The translations under genes were made by a program, and so were the position numbers. The notes beneath the pieces were generated by a model. That model was given only the letters and a program-made list of their open reading frames with translations, was not told where the DNA came from and made no database searches. 64,000 nt of DNA. Origin: an uncultured Gammaproteobacteria bacterium (GTDB lineage: Bacteria; Pseudomonadota; Gammaproteobacteria; Steroidobacterales; Steroidobacteraceae). The stretch lies in contig CAWHEA010000023.1 of the NCBI GenBank assembly GCA_963828265.1, positions 1,763 to 65,762 of the forward strand, given 5' to 3'. Positions 59,853-64,000 of this stretch are shown here, one piece after another (position 1 is the first letter of the stretch; each line of letters opens with the position of its first letter).

Positions 59853-60800
59853 TCAATAGAACTTGCGCAGGTCCATGCCCTTGTAGAGCGCGCGCAACCT
59901 GGTCGGCGTAGCCATTGAACGGCAGCGTCGCCTGCTTGGAGGCAAACAGGCTCGCGCCGATGCGCCGTTCCTGCGCCTGGCTCCAGCGCGGGTGGTCCAC
60001 GCTGGGATTCACGTTGGCGAAGAAGCCGTACTCCTGCGGCGCGGATATGTTCCACGACGTGGGGGGCTGCCGTTCGGTGAAGCGGATCTCGACGATCGAC
60101 TTGATGCCCTTGAAGCCGTACTTCCATGGCACGACCAGGCGCAGCGGGGCCCCGTTCTGGTTGGGGAGAGTCTGTGCCATAGAGTCCCACGGCCAGGAGC
60201 GTCAGGGGGTGCATGGCTTCGTCGATGCGCAGGCCCTCGACGTAGGGCCAGTCGAGCACCGGGAAGCGCTGGCCGGGCATCTCGCTGGGCCGCACGACGG
60301 TCTTGAACGCGACGTACCTGGCTTTCGAAGTCGGCTCGAAACGCTTCAGCAGGTCGCCGAGCGGAAAGCCGACCCAGGGGATCACCATCGACCAGGCCTC
60401 GACGCAGCGCAGGCGATAGATGCGCTCCTCGAGTGCGTGCGGCTTGAGGATGTCCTCGAGCGTGTAGGTGCCAGGTCTTGGCGCATTCGCCGCTGACGGC
60501 CACCGACCAGGGCTGTGGCTTGAACTTGCCGGAGTTCCGGGCGGGGTCCGACTTATCTGTGCCGAATTCGTAAAAGTTGTTGTAAGTCGTTATATCTTCA
60601 AAGGAATTAGGGTCTTCCTTGAGGCTGAATCGAGCATTCCTGGCGTACTTCAGCGGGGCCGCCGACGCTTCCCGAGGCAGGCCTGCGCCCACGGCACCGG
60701 CCGCCGCGAGGGCCGTGATGACCTCGCGCCGACTGAAATACCGGTCGGGCGGAGTGATCTCGGAGGGCAGGGGCTGCAGGCGGGTCTTGGTGCGTCGCAT
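59853..60800 (-). CDS. msrP: Protein-methionine-sulfoxide reductase catalytic (molybdopterin) subunit (frame-disrupted)
   Basis: Tat signal [19 protein letters not shown]. Segments [33 protein letters not shown] and [16 protein letters not shown]. The shifted tail reads [11 protein letters not shown]. Frame changes occur near 60480, 60175 and 59895. Confidence 0.85.
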
Positions 60801-60900
60801 CCGGATGAGACCTCGGAAAGTCTGCGCGGTTCGGTCGGGGAGGTTTTAACATGGCGCCCATCCTCTGGGGGGAGGATCCAACCCAGCGTCCAGGGAGCCC

Positions 60901-61890
60901 ATGTCCAATATCCGCAGCCTCGGTCCCGGCCTCGTCATCGCCGGGATGGTGGCGCTCGCTGCGTCCTGGCTGGCCGAGCACTACGCCACTCCCGTCATGC
61001 TCTTCGCGCTGCTGCTGGGCATCGCCGTCAACTTCCTGTCCAGCGACGAACGCTGCAAACCCGGCATCGACTTCGCGTCGCGCTCGATCCTGCGACTCGG
61101 CGTCGCGCTGCTCGGTGCGCGCATCACGTTCGACCAGATCCAGTCGCTCGGTGGCGGGGCGCTGGTGCTCGCTGCCAGCGCCGTGTTGCTCACGATCCTG
61201 TGCGGCATCGTGCTGGCCCGCAGCGCCGGCCTGGCGCGCGATTTCGGCGTGCTGACCGGTGGCGCCGTGGCGATCTGCGGCGCCTCGGCCGCGCTCGCCA
61301 TCGCCTCGGTGTTGCCGCGCGGTCCCGATCACGAACGCGACACGATCATGACGGTGGTTGCAGTCACGGCACTGTCGACCATCGCGATGATCCTTTACCC
61401 GGTGCTGGCCGGCGTCCTCGGCTTCGATCCGCACACCACCGGAATATTCCTGGGCGCGACGATCCACGACGTGGCGCAGGTGGTCGGCGCGGGCTACAGC
61501 GTCTCCACGGTGGCGGGCGACACGGCGACCATCGTCAAGCTGTTCCGCGTCGCGATGCTGTTGCCGGTGGTGCTCGTGATTTCATTCGTGCTGCAGCGCT
61601 CTGGTGCCGCTGTCACGCCGGGCGAAGAGCGTCCGCCGCTGCTGCCGCTGTTCCTCGTCGGCTTTGCGGGACTCGTGCTGGTGAATTCGCTCGGGTGGCT
61701 GCCGGCGCCCGTCGAGAAAGGACTGCAGGAAGCGTCGCGATGGTGCCTGGTGCTTGCCATCGCGGCCCTGGGTACCAAGACCTCGCTGGGCGACCTGGCG
61801 CGCGTCGGCTGGCGGCCGGTCGCGATCATCGTCGGTGAGACGCTGTTCGTTGGCCTGTTCGTGCTGGCGGGGCTCGCGTTCCTGGTGTGA
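60901..61890 (+). CDS. yeiH: YeiH/UPF0324-family membrane protein (putative sulfate exporter family)
   Basis: Intact 329-aa polytopic ORF with GGAVAICGASAALA and GATIHDVAQVVGAGY, characteristic of UPF0324. Confidence 0.75.
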   Translation: MSNIRSLGPGLVIAGMVALAASWLAEHYATPVMLFALLLGIAVNFLSSDERCKPGIDFASRSILRLGVALLGARITFDQIQSLGGGALVLAASAVLLTILCGIVLARSAGLARDFGVLTGGAVAICGASAALAIASVLPRGPDHERDTIMTVVAVTALSTIAMILYPVLAGVLGFDPHTTGIFLGATIHDVAQVVGAGYSVSTVAGDTATIVKLFRVAMLLPVVLVISFVLQRSGAAVTPGEERPPLLPLFLVGFAGLVLVNSLGWLPAPVEKGLQEASRWCLVLAIAALGTKTSLGDLARVGWRPVAIIVGETLFVGLFVLAGLAFLV

Positions 61891-62740
61891 TGCGGGTGCG
61901 GCTGCAGTGACGGTGTTCCGTTCCTGTTCCGGCGAGCGGAAAGGCAGACACGCTCGCCGGAACAGGAACGGAACACCGTCTCGGAGCGCAGATCGATCGC
62001 CAGAGGACCAGCTCATGCGTCGTCGGGCCGCGACCAACTGCGTCTGCGCAGCGACGCGTCAGCCGCGCTTGCAGCAGCTGCGGCAATACTTCGCCTGACG
62101 GTCCGCGCAACGAGAAATCGGCGAGCGGCGTCAGTGCGGTGGGTTCGGTGTTGATCTCGATCACTTTCGCGCCGCAACGTTGGGCGCTTTCGGCGAGCCC
62201 CGCCGCCGGGTACACGACCGACGCGGTGCCGATCGACAGGAAGACGTCGCAGTCGGCCGCGGCCGCATCCGCTGCCAGCAGCGCCTGCCGCGGGATCGCT
62301 TCGCCGAACCAGACCACGTCGGGACGCAGCAGCTCGCCGCAACGTGCGCATTCCGGGAGGCCGGTGACAGAGAGTGTCGAACGCCCGGCGAGCGTTCCTT
62401 CCGCGGAGCAGCGGTCGCGCAGGATGTTGCCGTGGTATTCGATGACGCCCGTGCTGCCCGCGCGTTGGTGCAGGCCGTCGACGTTCTGCGTGACCAGCGT
62501 CAGTCGCGGCACCCGATTGGCCAGTTGCACCAGCGCGTGGTGACCCGCGTTCGGCTCGACCCGGCGCACGAGTTCGCGGCGCCATTCGTACCATTCCCAG
62601 ATGCGCCTGGGATCGCGCGCGAAGGCTTCGGGTGTCGCCAGGTCCTCGGGGCGGAACTTCGCCCAGAGGCCGGTCTGCGCGTCGCGAAACGTGGGCACGC
62701 CACTTTCCGCCGAGATGCCCGCGCCCGTCAGCACGCACAC
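61826..62740 (-). CDS. cobB: NAD-dependent protein deacylase, Sir2/CobB family (both ends uncertain)
   Basis: VLTGAGISAESGVPTFRD, TQNVDGLHQRAG and CxxC...RPDVVWFGE. The catalytic domain covers about 62100..62740. The frame stays open upstream to 62818 (ITYPLLSAATALSAARH) with no canonical start. The 3' ~270 nt run through the hairpin repeat and are probably not coding. Confidence 0.75.
   Translation of the reverse strand: MCVLTGAGISAESGVPTFRDAQTGLWAKFRPEDLATPEAFARDPRRIWEWYEWRRELVRRVEPNAGHHALVQLANRVPRLTLVTQNVDGLHQRAGSTGVIEYHGNILRDRCSAEGTLAGRSTLSVTGLPECARCGELLRPDVVWFGEAIPRQALLAADAAAADCDVFLSIGTASVVYPAAGLAESAQRCGAKVIEINTEPTALTPLADFSLRGPSGEVLPQLLQARLTRRCADAVGRGPTTHELVLWRSICAPRRCSVPVPASVSAFPLAGTGTEHRHCSRTRITPGTRAPPARTGQRTASHRR
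61920..61989 (-). repeat. Conserved-loop hairpin repeat, perfect 28-bp-stem copy (reverse orientation)
   Basis: ACGGTGTTCCGTTCCTGTTCCGGCGAGC-GGAAAGGCAGACAC-GCTCGCCGGAACAGGAACGGAACACCGT. The stems are perfectly complementary. Confidence 0.9.
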
Positions 62741-62815
62741 GTGTCGTGCTGCGCTGAGCGCCGTCGCCGCGGAGAGAAGGGGATAGGTGATGGTTGCGCT
62801 TCCGCTTCCGACTAA

Positions 62816-62840
62816 CCCCTATCCCCTAACCCCTAACCCC
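62816..62840 (-). repeat. Heptamer repeat (GGGGTTA/GGGGATA x4), canonical G-quadruplex motif on the minus strand
   Basis: Plus strand CCCCTATCCCCTAACCCCTAACCCC, so the minus strand carries four G4 tracts with 3-nt loops. It overlaps the last codons and the TAG stop of acnA. Confidence 0.85.
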
Positions 62841-64000
62841 TGGCTCAGCGCCGCTTTGCCCTGCGCAGCCAGCTGACGGATCACGTACTGCAGGATGCCG
62901 CCGTGCTGGAAGTAGTCGCGCTCCTTCGGCGTGTCGATGCGCACGCGCGCTTCGAACTTGATCGCCGCGCCAGTGGCCGGGGTCGCCACGACGGTCACGA
63001 CCTTCGCGGCGCCGCCGTTCAGGCCGATGATCTCGTAGCTCTCCTTGCCGGTGAGTCCGAGCGACTGTGCGTTCTCGCCGTCCTTGAACTGCAGGGGCAG
63101 CACGCCCATGCCGATCAGGTTGGAGCGGTGGATGCGCTCGAAGCTCTCCGCGATCACGGCCTTGACGCCGAGCAGCATCGTGCCCTTGGCAGCCCAGTCG
63201 CGCGACGAACCCGTGCCGTATTCCTTGCCGGCGATCACGACGAGTGGCGTGCCTTCGGCCTTGTACTTCATGGCCGTGTCGTAGATCGACAGCTGCTCCC
63301 CGGTCGGCACGTGCACCGAGACGCCGCCTTCCGTGCCCGGCAACAGCAGGTTGCGCAGGCGGATGTTGGCGAACGTGCCGCGCATCATGACTTCGTGGTT
63401 GCCACGGCGCGCGCCGTACTGGTTGAAGTCGACGGGCTGCACGCCCTGCGCCATGAGGTACTTGGCGGCGGCGCTGGCCTTGGCGATGTTGCCGGCCGGC
63501 GAGATGTGGTCGGTCGTGACCGAGTCGCCGAGCAGGGCGAGCACGCGCGCGCCGCGGATGTCGGTCACCGCGCCCGGCGTCATCGTCATGCCTTCGAAGT
63601 ACGGCGGATTGCGCACGTAGGTCGAGGTCGGCTCCCACTTGTAGATCTCGCCTTCCGGAACCTTGAGCGCATTCCAGTTCTCGTCGCCGGCGAAGGCGCT
63701 CGCGTAGCCCTTCTTGAACATCGCGGAGTTGATGTTCGCCGCCATCGATTCCTGGATTTCCTGCGCGGTCGGCCAGATGTCCTTCAGGAAGACCGGCTTG
63801 CCGTCCGTGCCGGTGCCGATCGGCTCGTTGTTGAGGTCGATGTCCATCGTGCCGGCGAGCGCGTAGGCGACCACCAGCGGCGGCGACGCGAGGAAGTTCA
63901 TCTTCACTTCCGGATGCACGCGGCCTTCGAAGTTGCGGTTGCCGGAGAGCACGGAGGTGGTGACGACGTCGCCGGCCTTGATGCCTTCCGAGATCTCGGG
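62819..64000 (-). CDS. acnA: Aconitate hydratase A, 3' portion (continues beyond window)
   Basis: [57 protein letters not shown] and [12 protein letters not shown]. The frame is intact in the window. Confidence 0.92.
   Translation of the reverse strand, partial: PEISEGIKAGDVVTTSVLSGNRNFEGRVHPEVKMNFLASPPLVVAYALAGTMDIDLNNEPIGTGTDGKPVFLKDIWPTAQEIQESMAANINSAMFKKGYASAFAGDENWNALKVPEGEIYKWEPTSTYVRNPPYFEGMTMTPGAVTDIRGARVLALLGDSVTTDHISPAGNIAKASAAAKYLMAQGVQPVDFNQYGARRGNHEVMMRGTFANIRLRNLLLPGTEGGVSVHVPTGEQLSIYDTAMKYKAEGTPLVVIAGKEYGTGSSRDWAAKGTMLLGVKAVIAESFERIHRSNLIGMGVLPLQFKDGENAQSLGLTGKESYEIIGLNGGAAKVVTVVATPATGAAIKFEARVRIDTPKERDYFQHGGILQYVIRQLAAQGKAALSQGLGVRG

Noticed and set aside
62816-62840. The CCCCTAA-type repeat as a telomere or linear-replicon end.
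   Set aside because: There are only four units. They are internal to the sequence, embedded in the acnA 3' end, and flanked by ordinary chromosomal genes.

Overview
High-G+C chromosomal segment (about two thirds G+C by eye), dominated by core metabolism. The gene order resembles Xanthomonadales/Lysobacterales; this is an inference from synteny, not a database hit.

Gene content, left to right:
- rplT(partial)-pheS-pheT-ihfA-MerR-tRNA-Pro.
- A small accessory stretch: sugar dehydrogenase, TerB-like protein, histidine phosphatase, SAM hydrolase.
- A fused aspartokinase/diaminopimelate decarboxylase followed by asd.
- A complete minus-strand his operon headed by a YerC/TrpR-like gene: yerC-hisG-D-C-B-H-A-F-IE.
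- A SAM-I riboswitch upstream of metX-metB.
- A minus-strand ilvC-leuA-leuC-leuD-leuB operon with a Leu-rich leader and attenuator.
- An M17 peptidase, ilvD, and tonB-exbB-exbD-exbD.
- Two convergent paralogous TPR genes bracketing a gene-poor 1.5 kb stretch. That stretch appears to hold a degraded RES/Xre toxin-antitoxin pair and a PaaI thioesterase.
- A catabolic cluster: CoA-transferase, two isochorismatase-like amidases, an HMG-CoA-lyase-like protein, hydantoinase A/B, a DAACS transporter and an alpha/beta hydrolase.
- fabH-like, EamA, a Tat amidohydrolase plus porin, msrPQ, yeiH, cobB, and the 3' part of acnA.

Two global observations:
1. Dozens of obviously homologous genes change reading frame internally, roughly one indel per kilobase. 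Essential genes (pheT, his, leu, ilv) are affected, so I read this as consensus or assembly error rather than biology. Gene spans given here are merged across frames.
2. The most unusual non-coding signal is a dispersed hairpin family. Its 14-nt loop core (GTGTCTGCCTTTCC) is conserved while its stems vary and covary. It includes a perfect 28-bp-stem copy and a 57-bp head-to-tail array.

Other non-coding features:
- A ~237-bp imperfect palindrome.
- A 20-nt motif shared by the divergent yerC-his and metX promoters.
- A canonical G-quadruplex heptamer repeat at the acnA/cobB junction.
- An AT-rich spacer ending in a strong terminator.

I found no clear, intact multi-gene novel system such as a defence island, CRISPR array or mobile element.
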